DNA from: Candidatus Methylomirabilota bacterium
GTDB lineage: Bacteria > Methylomirabilota > Methylomirabilia > Rokubacteriales > CSP1-6
Assembly (NCBI GenBank): GCA_035457825.1
Contig: DATIAY010000096.1
Coordinates: 3,683 to 67,682 of the forward strand
Direction: 5' to 3'
Length of the DNA stretch: 64,000 nt
Below, one piece after another: positions 33,063-40,847 of the stretch (positions within the stretch are counted from its first letter, which is position 1; each line of letters starts with the position of its first letter). Under the pieces are notes generated by a model. That model did not search any database. It saw only the letters and a list, made by a program, of their open reading frames with translations, and had not been told where the DNA came from. A program made the translations under genes and the position numbers.

Positions 33063-34057
33063 CGGAGCAGCGGCTCTTCGTGGAAGACGGTCAGGTTGCG
33101 GGCGAATTCCCCGAGCGTCATGTCGGCGAAGATCTGGCTGCGCCGGATCCGCAGCGGGTGGACGAACGAGGGATTGCCTTCGCGCCGCACGGTGAGCGCC
33201 GCCAGGTATCCCTTGTTCCCGACCTGCTGCATCAGCTCGTCGTCGTAGCTGCCGTAGGGGTAGGCCAGGACCCGGGGCGTGCGCCCCAGGCGAGCCTGGA
33301 ACAGCTGCAGCGGCACCACCAGCTCGGAGTGGACCCGGCGCGCGTAGGCCTCGGGCGACTCGTCGGCCCGGCGGCGCAGCTCGCTGTGGGTCTTGGAGTG
33401 AGCGCCCAGCCCGAAGCCTTCGTCGGCGAGGCGCCGCAGGTCGTCCCACCCCAGGGCGTTGCGGCCGAGGCCGACGTAGTCGGTATAGACGAAGAGCGTG
33501 GCCGTGAAGCCCAGCTTCTTGAGGACCGGGTAGGCGTGGCGGAGAAAGGACTGATAGCCGTCGTCGAAGGTCAGGACCACACTGCGGCGGGGTAGCTGGC
33601 GGCCCAGTTGCGTGTGCTCGATCAGATCGTCCAGGCTGACCGTGCGGTAGCCCCGCGCCTTGAGGTACCGCATCTGCTGCTCGAACATGCTGGCCGCCAG
33701 CACGAGCCGGCCTTGCGCGCGGGGGGCGATGTGGTGGTAGACGAGCACGGGGACGAGCTGATAGCCGGTGGTATAGATGCCGGCCGGATTCCCCGAGCGC
33801 CTGGGGATGACCACCTTCTGGCCCCAGGCAAATGTCCGGCGCCCGTTGTACTCCTCGATCATCCAGGCGCGGGAGGCGTCTCCCAGAAAGCGGGCGGCCA
33901 GCCGCTCGGCGTTGTCGCCGGCCCGGGCGAAGGTCACGATGTAGGCGTCGGACTCGAAGACATCGGGTTGGACCAAGCGCGCCGACAGTCCGGTCGGCGA
34001 GGCGCAGGCGACCAGGCTGAGGGCCGCCGCGAGGGCGAGCAGGCGCTGGCCCCTCAT
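33059..34057 (-). CDS. Polysaccharide deacetylase family lipoprotein (NodB homology domain)
   Basis: Lipobox LSLVAC. VLVYHHI, VVLTFDDGYQS, LGAHSKTH. Confidence 0.85.
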   Translation of the reverse strand: MRGQRLLALAAALSLVACASPTGLSARLVQPDVFESDAYIVTFARAGDNAERLAARFLGDASRAWMIEEYNGRRTFAWGQKVVIPRRSGNPAGIYTTGYQLVPVLVYHHIAPRAQGRLVLAASMFEQQMRYLKARGYRTVSLDDLIEHTQLGRQLPRRSVVLTFDDGYQSFLRHAYPVLKKLGFTATLFVYTDYVGLGRNALGWDDLRRLADEGFGLGAHSKTHSELRRRADESPEAYARRVHSELVVPLQLFQARLGRTPRVLAYPYGSYDDELMQQVGNKGYLAALTVRREGNPSFVHPLRIRRSQIFADMTLGEFARNLTVFHEEPLLR

Positions 34058-35448
34058 ACCAGGTGCAAGACCTCGTACACCTCGATCTCTTCCTCTTTGC
34101 CTTTCACCCGCACCACGCCGAGCGGACGCGCCTTGACGGACTCCTTGACGGCCTCCCAGGTGCCCGCCGAGATCAGGATCTGCATGGGCTTGGCCGTGGA
34201 CTCCAGCCGGGCGGCGACGTTGACGCTGTCGCCCACGACGGTGTACTCCATGCGGTCGTCGGTCCCCACCGTCCCCGCCACCGTCTCGCCGGTGCTGACG
34301 CCGATTCCCACCGAGAGCGGCTCCCCGCCCCGGCGGATGCGCCGTCGGCTCAGACGCTCGACGCCCTCCCGCATGGCCACCGCCGTGCGCACCGCCCGCA
34401 GCGCGTGATCGGGGTGGGCGATGGGCGCGCCGAACACCGCCATGACGGCATCGCCGAGAAACTTGTCGAGAGTGCCGCCGTTCCGGAAGGTGGCCTCGAT
34501 CATGAGGTCGTAGAACTGGTTGAGGAGCAACACGACCTCCTCGGGGCCGAGGCGCTCGGAGAGCAGGGTGAAGCCGCGCAGGTCGCAGAAAATCACCGTG
34601 ACCTCACGGCGTTCGCCCTCCAGGACCAGTTGCTCGGGGTCCTTGAGGAGCTCGTCGGCCACGTCCCGGTCCACATAGCGAGCGAAGGCCCGGGTGATCA
34701 TCTCTTTCTCGCGCAAGCTCGTGGTCATCGTGTTGAAGGCCTCGGTGAGGATGCCGATCTCGTCGCGTGACGAGACCGCCAGATCCACGGTCAAATCGCC
34801 GGCGGCGACGCGCCGCGTGCCCTCCACGAGGCGGAGGATCGGATGGGCCAGGAGGGTGGCCAGCCCCAGCGCCAGGGCCAGTCCGATCATCACGATGACG
34901 ATGCTGATCACGATGGTGTGGTTGCGGGCCGTGGCGATGGCCTCGTCGACGGACTTCTGGCTGATGCCCACGCGCACCATGCCGACCGTGACGCGGCGAA
35001 AGATCAGCGGGATGGTGAAGTCCAGGATCCGTCCCCGCTCGGCCGTGGTGTAGACATTCACCACCGGCTCGGTTCCCATCGACTCCAGCGCGACGGCATC
35101 TGGCCCGAGCCCGAGCCGACTCACATCGGTGTGGGCCACGACCTTGCCCTGATGGTCGGTGATGACCACGTACACCAGGTCGCCGTCCTTCATGGCGTCC
35201 TTCACCAGGAGATTCAGCGTGAGCTCGTCCTTGGTGAGCAGAGGATTGCGGGCGGCGTTGGCCAGATGCTGCGCGATCGTGTGACCGCGCTTGGTCGTCT
35301 CCGTGAGCAGGCTCTGCTCGGTGCTGTAGAGGAGGACGCCGCTGAGGAGCGCCACCGCGATCACCAGCAGGCCGGTGATGAGGAGGCCCAGCTTCAACTT
35401 CAGGGGCAGACGAACGCGGGTGACGGGGCTCCCGTCAGGTCGGTTCAT
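34054..35448 (-). CDS. Membrane sensor adenylate/guanylate cyclase (TM-periplasmic domain-TM-HAMP-class III cyclase)
   Basis: HAMP segment RRVAAGDLTVDLAVSSRDEIGILTEAFNTM. Cyclase segment VTVIFCDLRGFT...GGTLDKFLGDAVMAVFGAP...GTVG. ATGA overlap with the deacetylase start. Confidence 0.85.
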   Translation of the reverse strand: MNRPDGSPVTRVRLPLKLKLGLLITGLLVIAVALLSGVLLYSTEQSLLTETTKRGHTIAQHLANAARNPLLTKDELTLNLLVKDAMKDGDLVYVVITDHQGKVVAHTDVSRLGLGPDAVALESMGTEPVVNVYTTAERGRILDFTIPLIFRRVTVGMVRVGISQKSVDEAIATARNHTIVISIVIVMIGLALALGLATLLAHPILRLVEGTRRVAAGDLTVDLAVSSRDEIGILTEAFNTMTTSLREKEMITRAFARYVDRDVADELLKDPEQLVLEGERREVTVIFCDLRGFTLLSERLGPEEVVLLLNQFYDLMIEATFRNGGTLDKFLGDAVMAVFGAPIAHPDHALRAVRTAVAMREGVERLSRRRIRRGGEPLSVGIGVSTGETVAGTVGTDDRMEYTVVGDSVNVAARLESTAKPMQILISAGTWEAVKESVKARPLGVVRVKGKEEEIEVYEVLHLV

Positions 35449-35629
35449 GCTTCGTCTTCAGGGCGATGGGATCGGCACGACGTTTTGAATCTAGCAGATG
35501 GCCATCGGGCGGCCGCCCGGAAAAGCGGCCGACGGGCCGTGGCCCGAGTAGTGCGAATGATGGATGTGAGCGAGCCAGGCCGCCGGCGCCCGTCTGCTAC
35601 AGAAGTCCGTCGGAGGAACCACCGCTCGA

Positions 35630-35718
35630 GCGCCGGCTTGGCCGGTGCAACCTGTCCTGGGGGAGGTTTCGGAGGGGGCCGTCGCGCCGGACGGGTGCGT
35701 CTGGGTGTCGCCCCCTCC
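35630..35718 (+). repeat. Two-hairpin intergenic repeat element, copy B
   Basis: GCGCCGGC-TTG-GCCGGTGC, then AACCTGTCCTGGGGGAGGTTTC, then GGAGGGGGC...(30-nt loop)...GCCCCCTCC. It abuts the stop codon of the gene at 35721. Confidence 0.8.
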
Positions 35719-35720
35719 GA

Positions 35721-36437
35721 CTAGAGATAGTGGTCGAGGGGCTGGGGAGGCGGCGCGAACTTGCGGATTTTGGAGTGGGCCAGCTCCAGGCCCACCAGAC
35801 TCTCGGCGACCTTGACCCCGACTGCCACCGGATCGAGCACGGGGACGCCGGCGCGCTGGCTCAGCTCGCGCTCGTAACCGCACAGCCCCGCGCAGGCGAG
35901 GATCACCACCTCGGCCCGGTCCTCGCGGACGGCCGCCAGGATCTGCTCGGTGAGCTCGGCCAGCGTCCGGTCGCGCTCCTTCACGCACTCCTCCACGTTG
36001 ATGTTGATGGCGCGCACCGACGCGCACTTGGCCTCGAAGCCGAACAGGCGGACCAGGTCTTCTTGGTACGGGATGAACTGCTGGAGCATGGTCATGGTGG
36101 TGAAGCGGTGGCCGAGCAGACAGGCCACGGCCATCGAGGCCTCGGAGATCGAGACGACGGGCACGGAGAGCGCCTCCTTGAGGGCGTCGATGCCGACTCG
36201 CCCGAACCCGGCCAGGAGCACGGCGTCCGGGGTGTGGCGGCCGACGGCCTCCAGGCAGGTCCGGATCATCGCGGCGCCTGACAGGTAGTCACCGAAGGCG
36301 GAGTCGATGTTGCGGGTCCCCCCCTTGGTGGTGGCGCCGATCAGCGTCGTCCCCGGCGCTGCCGCCCGACGGGCCGATTCCATGATAGCTGCGGTCACCG
36401 TTTCCGAGCTGTTGGGGTTGATGACGAGAAGCTTCAT
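35721..36437 (-). CDS. Asp/Glu/hydantoin racemase family protein
   Basis: MKLLVINPNSS...TAAI, LLAGFG, VPVVSISEA, VVILACAGL. ATGA overlap with the SDR stop. Confidence 0.8.
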   Translation of the reverse strand: MKLLVINPNSSETVTAAIMESARRAAAPGTTLIGATTKGGTRNIDSAFGDYLSGAAMIRTCLEAVGRHTPDAVLLAGFGRVGIDALKEALSVPVVSISEASMAVACLLGHRFTTMTMLQQFIPYQEDLVRLFGFEAKCASVRAININVEECVKERDRTLAELTEQILAAVREDRAEVVILACAGLCGYERELSQRAGVPVLDPVAVGVKVAESLVGLELAHSKIRKFAPPPQPLDHYL

Positions 36438-37180
36438 GGCATGATCTCCCCGCCGTTGGGATGCAGCGTCTGACCGCAGAAGTACTGGCTCTCCTCGGAG
36501 GCCAGGAACACGAAGGCGCCGACGAGGTCGGACGGCGTCCCCAGCCGCCCGAGTGGCAGGCGGTCGGCGTGGGCGCGCTTGGTCTCTTCGGGGAGCGGGT
36601 CGAAGCCGGTGTCGATGAGTCCGGGAGCTACGGAGTTGACCAGGACTCCCCAGGGGGCGAGCTCCTGGGCCAGGGCCCGCATGAAGGTGAGCAGCCCCCC
36701 CTTGGCGGCCGAGTACGCCGTGTAGCGCGGGCGCCCGAGGTAGGCGAGCTGGGAGGTCACCAGGATGATGCGCCCGCTCCGCTGGGCCATCATCGTGGGA
36801 GCCACCGCCCGGCAGCAGAGGAACGCCCCGCGCATGTGCACGGCGATCATGCGGTCCCAGTCCTCGACGCTCGTCTCGGTGAGCGCCTGCGCTTTCTGGA
36901 TCCCGGCGCTGCTCACGAGCACGTCGATGCGGCCCCACGCCTCGCTCACGGTCGCCACGAGCGCCTGCACGTCAGGCTCCCGGGTGACGTCGGTCCGCAC
37001 GGCGAGGGCCCGGCGGCCACGCTTCTCGATCTCGCGCAGGGTCGCCTGGGCGTCGGGCTCTCGGGCGATCCAGGCGATGGCCACGTCGGCGCCCTCGTCG
37101 GCATAGGCCAGCGCCACGGCGCGGGCGATGCCGGTGTTGCCGCCGGTGATGATAGCCACCTTGCCTTGCAAGCGGTTCAT
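36434..37180 (-). CDS. SDR family oxidoreductase
   Basis: GKVAIITGGNTGIA, SSAG, YSAAKGG and PG.I.T motifs. Confidence 0.9.
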   Translation of the reverse strand: MNRLQGKVAIITGGNTGIARAVALAYADEGADVAIAWIAREPDAQATLREIEKRGRRALAVRTDVTREPDVQALVATVSEAWGRIDVLVSSAGIQKAQALTETSVEDWDRMIAVHMRGAFLCCRAVAPTMMAQRSGRIILVTSQLAYLGRPRYTAYSAAKGGLLTFMRALAQELAPWGVLVNSVAPGLIDTGFDPLPEETKRAHADRLPLGRLGTPSDLVGAFVFLASEESQYFCGQTLHPNGGEIMP

Positions 37181-38121
37181 GGTCCCTCCCGGCTGATGAT
37201 CGTCCCCGCGGCTCCCCTTTCGACTGCGGCCAAACGGTCCAGCGAAGTGATCACGGCGGCCGCCCCGCCGGCTTCCACGAACTGCACGGCCGCCTCCACC
37301 TTTGGCCCCATGCTGCCCGGCGGGAACTCGCCGGCGGCGAGAAGGCGGCGCGCCTCGGCGAGGGTGAGGCGGTCGAGGAAACGCTGGGCCGGCGTGCCCC
37401 AGCCGACGGCGACACGGTCCACACCGGTGAGGAAGTAGACTCGATCGGCACCGAGATCGCGGGCCAGCACCGCCGTGGCGAAGTCCTTCTCGATCACGGC
37501 CTCGACACCCCGGAGGCCGGTCGGTGTCTCGAGCACAGGAATGCCGCCTCCCCCCACCGCGATGGGTACGATGCCTGCGCCCACGAGGGTCCGGACCAGC
37601 GGCGTCTCCACGACGCGCACGGGCCGCGGTGAGGGCACGACCCGGCGCCAGCCGCGCCCGCTGTCCTCCACCACGATCCAGCCATACTCTCGAGCGTGCC
37701 GGAGGGCCTCCGCCTTCTTGTAGAACGGCCCGATCGGCTTGGTCGGAGCTCGGAACGCGGGATCAGCACCATCGACGACGACCTGGGTGACCAGCGAGGC
37801 CACCCCGGCCACCAGCTGCCGACGCCGGAGCAGGTTGCCCAGCACCTGCTGAATGGCGTAGCCGAGGCTGCCCTCGGTCTCGGCCACGCAGAGGTCGAGG
37901 GTCAGGGCGGGCATCACGGGTCTGGCGATCTCCATGCGTAGCAGTTCCTCGCCCACCTGGGGTCCATTGCCATGGGTGAGGACGACGTGATGGCCGGCAG
38001 CGACCAGGTCCACCACCGGGGGAAGGGATACCGCCAGCGCATCGAACCATTCCGAGGGGGCGCCGACGCCGTCCTCGCTGCGCAGCGCATTGCCGCCGAT
38101 GGCGACGACGATGAGGCTCAT
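37177..38121 (-). CDS. arcC: Carbamate kinase
   Basis: MSLIVVAIGGNAL, VVLTHGNGPQVG, GGGGIPV, and C-terminal GSMGPKVEAA. Confidence 0.9.
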   Translation of the reverse strand: MSLIVVAIGGNALRSEDGVGAPSEWFDALAVSLPPVVDLVAAGHHVVLTHGNGPQVGEELLRMEIARPVMPALTLDLCVAETEGSLGYAIQQVLGNLLRRRQLVAGVASLVTQVVVDGADPAFRAPTKPIGPFYKKAEALRHAREYGWIVVEDSGRGWRRVVPSPRPVRVVETPLVRTLVGAGIVPIAVGGGGIPVLETPTGLRGVEAVIEKDFATAVLARDLGADRVYFLTGVDRVAVGWGTPAQRFLDRLTLAEARRLLAAGEFPPGSMGPKVEAAVQFVEAGGAAAVITSLDRLAAVERGAAGTIISREGP

Positions 38122-39612
38122 TTACTCGGAGGGGGGCTCCGCCCCCCTTCCGAAACCTCCCCCCGGGATCGATTGCGGCGGCGAAGCCGCTGCCCGAACC
38201 GGATCGTCAGCCAACGCGAGGAGCGCATGCGCGAAGCAGGCGAATGGCGCCCGCACGACGCCGGCTCCGACCTGACCCGTACCGGCCCGGCGCCCGGCGA
38301 TGCCGGTGTTGATCAGCGGCGTCACGCCTGTCTCCACCACCAGTTGGACGTCGATTCCCACCGGCGCGCCACGCTCGTCGAGGGTGGCGATGCGAAAGTG
38401 GGGATGCTCGCCCAGGCAGATCTCGCCGATCTCCTCGGTGGCCGCGATCGCTTCCGCCATGCCTCCAGCGCCGACGAAGCGGGCGGCTGCGGGAGCCGCG
38501 GCCATGGCGCCCCCGCCCAGTCCCACCGTCTCCACGATGGCGCTGTCGCCCATGTCGGGATTGGCGTCGGCCGCCGAGAACCCCGGGAAGTACAGGCCAG
38601 TCGGATCGGGCGCGGGGGCGGTGAACCAGCGATCCCCGAGGCCGGACACCCGGATCCCGAACTCCGTGCCGTTACGGGCCATGGCCGTGACCAGCGTGCT
38701 GTGCGGGATGTTCGCCGCCGGGTCAGCCATGGCCTTGGCCGCGGCCATGGCGATATTGAGGAAGAACTGGTCGTTGCCGGCAATGAACTCGGCGAGCCGG
38801 GGCACGGCGCCGTGCCGGCCCCCCACCCGGGCGACGTGCGGCAGCAGGGCCCGCGCGAGCAGCGAGGAGGCGGCCAGGTTGCGCTGGTGCATCTCGTCGC
38901 CCATGCGCAGCGCCTGGGCCATCAGGGGCCGCAGCGGAATGCCCCCGGCCGCGCGTAGCGCGGCGCCCAGGAGCGGGCCCGCCTCGCTGGCGAGCCAGCG
39001 CAGGCGGGCGATGACGCTCTCGTCGTTGGCGCCGAAGCGCAGCACCTTGCCCAACCCCTCGTTGATGACCGCGTGCGCCCGGTTGCCGTGAATCCGGTTC
39101 GCCACCACGAACACCGGCATGGACGCGGTGATGATGCCGGTCATCGGGCCCACCGCGCCCCGGTGGTGGCACGGCGCGAGCGTCGCGTCGCCGCGCTCCA
39201 CCATCGCCGCGGCGGCGTCGTCGTTGGCCGCCCAGCCCTCGTACCGGATGGCGCACTGCACGGCGGCGCGCATCGATTCGCCCATGCGCGCCCAGGGCAG
39301 CGGCGGGCCGGCATGCAGGATCGTGCGGGGCGGCAGCTCGAGAGTCTCCCCGGCTGGACGACAGTCGACCAGCGTCGGCTCGCCGCCGACCAGGCGCGCG
39401 AACGCCTCGGCATTGGCCCGCTCGACGAGCTCCCGCCGCGCTCCGAGCCGGGCCAACGCCGCGGTGAGCCGACTGTCGGCGCCCGCCGGAGGCCGCCAGT
39501 CCAGATGGGCGACCGACACGCCGAGACGCTCGAGCTCGGCGGCGAAAATCGAGAGCCCGAGGCTCAGAACCCGGGGCGGGCCGGCGAACAGCGGGCGGGC
39601 CGGCGCGCTCAT
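38122..39612 (-). CDS. DUF1116 family protein (YlbE/YahG-like), full-length paralog
   Basis: N-terminal LDWRPPAG segment, then GPPLPW, HHRGAVGPMTGI, NGTEFGIRVSG.GDRWFTAPAP, DMGDSAIVETVGLG. The ATG at 39612 forms an ATGA overlap with the upstream stop. The last ~22 codons are encoded by repeat copy C. Confidence 0.8.
   Translation of the reverse strand: MSAPARPLFAGPPRVLSLGLSIFAAELERLGVSVAHLDWRPPAGADSRLTAALARLGARRELVERANAEAFARLVGGEPTLVDCRPAGETLELPPRTILHAGPPLPWARMGESMRAAVQCAIRYEGWAANDDAAAAMVERGDATLAPCHHRGAVGPMTGIITASMPVFVVANRIHGNRAHAVINEGLGKVLRFGANDESVIARLRWLASEAGPLLGAALRAAGGIPLRPLMAQALRMGDEMHQRNLAASSLLARALLPHVARVGGRHGAVPRLAEFIAGNDQFFLNIAMAAAKAMADPAANIPHSTLVTAMARNGTEFGIRVSGLGDRWFTAPAPDPTGLYFPGFSAADANPDMGDSAIVETVGLGGGAMAAAPAAARFVGAGGMAEAIAATEEIGEICLGEHPHFRIATLDERGAPVGIDVQLVVETGVTPLINTGIAGRRAGTGQVGAGVVRAPFACFAHALLALADDPVRAAASPPQSIPGGGFGRGAEPPSE
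38128..38193 (-). repeat. Two-hairpin repeat element, copy C (inverted), lying inside the 3' end of the upstream CDS
   Basis: The reverse complement reads GCAGCGGC-TTC-GCCGCCGC, then AATCGATCCCGGGGGGAGGTTTC, then GGAAGGGGGGC-GGA-GCCCCCCTCC. Confidence 0.8.
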
Positions 39613-40847
39613 GCCGGGGCGGCCAGCGCTTCCACGGCGGCCACGAAGCACCCCAGTGGCGCCTGGGTCAGGCCCGCGCCGATCTGGCCGACCCCGGCCT
39701 CGCGGTGGGCGATCCCCGTGTCGATGACGGGGACCATCCCCGTCTCGACCACCCGGCGGACGTCGATGCCGAGTGGCGTGCCCCGGAAATCTAGCGCCGG
39801 GATCCTGAACGTCTCGTGCTCGGCGAGCGTGATCTCGTACATGTCGAGCGTGGTGTCCAGCGCGAGCTGGGCCGAGCCACCGACGAGCTGCACGATGGCC
39901 GGGGCCGCGGCCAGGGCGAAAGCGCCGAGCCCCACCGTTTCGGTGATGGCCGAGTCGCCCATGTCGGGGTTGGCGTGCTCGGGCCCGTACCCCGGGAAAT
40001 AGACCCCGCGCACCATGGGCGCCGGCGCCGTGAACCACCGATCGCCGGTTCCGCTGACGCGGATCCCGAACTCGGTGCCGTTGCGGGCCATGGTCGTCAC
40101 CACGCTCGAGGCCGTCAGACCGTGGGCGGCGTCGAGCATGACCTTGGCGCCGGCCATGGCGATGTTGAGGAAGAAGGAATCGCTGGCTCCTACGAAGGCC
40201 AGCGCGCGCTGCCCATCGCCGGTTCGCGTGGCTGCCAGCCCCGGGGCCAGCGTGCGCACCAGGAGCGAGGTGGCGGCACGGCACCGGTTGTGGCATTCGT
40301 CACCCATGGCGAGGGCCTGGGCCATCAGGCTCTTGCCGTCCACGCCGCCGCTCCGGACGATGGCCTCGTCGAGGAGGCGAGCCAGCTCCCCGTTCATGTA
40401 GGCGAGCCGCTCGAGCACGGTGTCATCGTAAGCGCCCATTCTGAGCACTTTGCCCGGCCCCATATTAATGGTGGCGAAGGCCTCGGTGCCGAAGGTGGGA
40501 TTCTGGACCACGAACACCGCCATCGACGCCGTCACGATGCCGGCCATCGGGCCTACGGCGCGGTGCTCGTGGCACGGGGCGAAGCGGAGCCGACCGCGTT
40601 CGGCAAGCTGCGTGGCCTCGGCCGGGGTGCGCGCCCAGCCCTCGAAGATGCTGGCGCCGATCACCGCACCTCGCATCGGCCCGCACATCCGCTCCCAGGA
40701 CAGGGGAGGACCGGCGTGCAGCACGACGTACTCGCCGAGGCCGGGCACGACGTCGGCGGCCCGTCGCACGCCGACGAGCCGGGCCTCGCTGCGCTGGATA
40801 CGGCGGAGAGCCTCCTGGTTGGCCGGCCGCACGCTGATCGTGCTCAC
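39609..40847 (-). CDS. DUF1116 family protein, paralog lacking the N-terminal ~70-aa segment
   Basis: GPPLSW, HEHRAVGPMAGI, NGTEFGIRVSGTGDRWFTAPAP, DMGDSAITETVGLG. By eye roughly half of the residues are identical to the neighbour. Confidence 0.8.
   Translation of the reverse strand: MSTISVRPANQEALRRIQRSEARLVGVRRAADVVPGLGEYVVLHAGPPLSWERMCGPMRGAVIGASIFEGWARTPAEATQLAERGRLRFAPCHEHRAVGPMAGIVTASMAVFVVQNPTFGTEAFATINMGPGKVLRMGAYDDTVLERLAYMNGELARLLDEAIVRSGGVDGKSLMAQALAMGDECHNRCRAATSLLVRTLAPGLAATRTGDGQRALAFVGASDSFFLNIAMAGAKVMLDAAHGLTASSVVTTMARNGTEFGIRVSGTGDRWFTAPAPMVRGVYFPGYGPEHANPDMGDSAITETVGLGAFALAAAPAIVQLVGGSAQLALDTTLDMYEITLAEHETFRIPALDFRGTPLGIDVRRVVETGMVPVIDTGIAHREAGVGQIGAGLTQAPLGCFVAAVEALAAPA

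Noticed and set aside
35449-35629. 180-nt unassigned stretch upstream of the cyclase gene, and the 209-nt region 47282-47490, checked for tRNA or small structured RNA genes.
   Set aside because: No T-loop (GTTCRANYC) or cloverleaf-compatible arms are seen. Only a 14-nt palindrome (CGGGCGGCCGCCCG) and short stems are present. This most likely represents promoter or 5'-UTR sequence.
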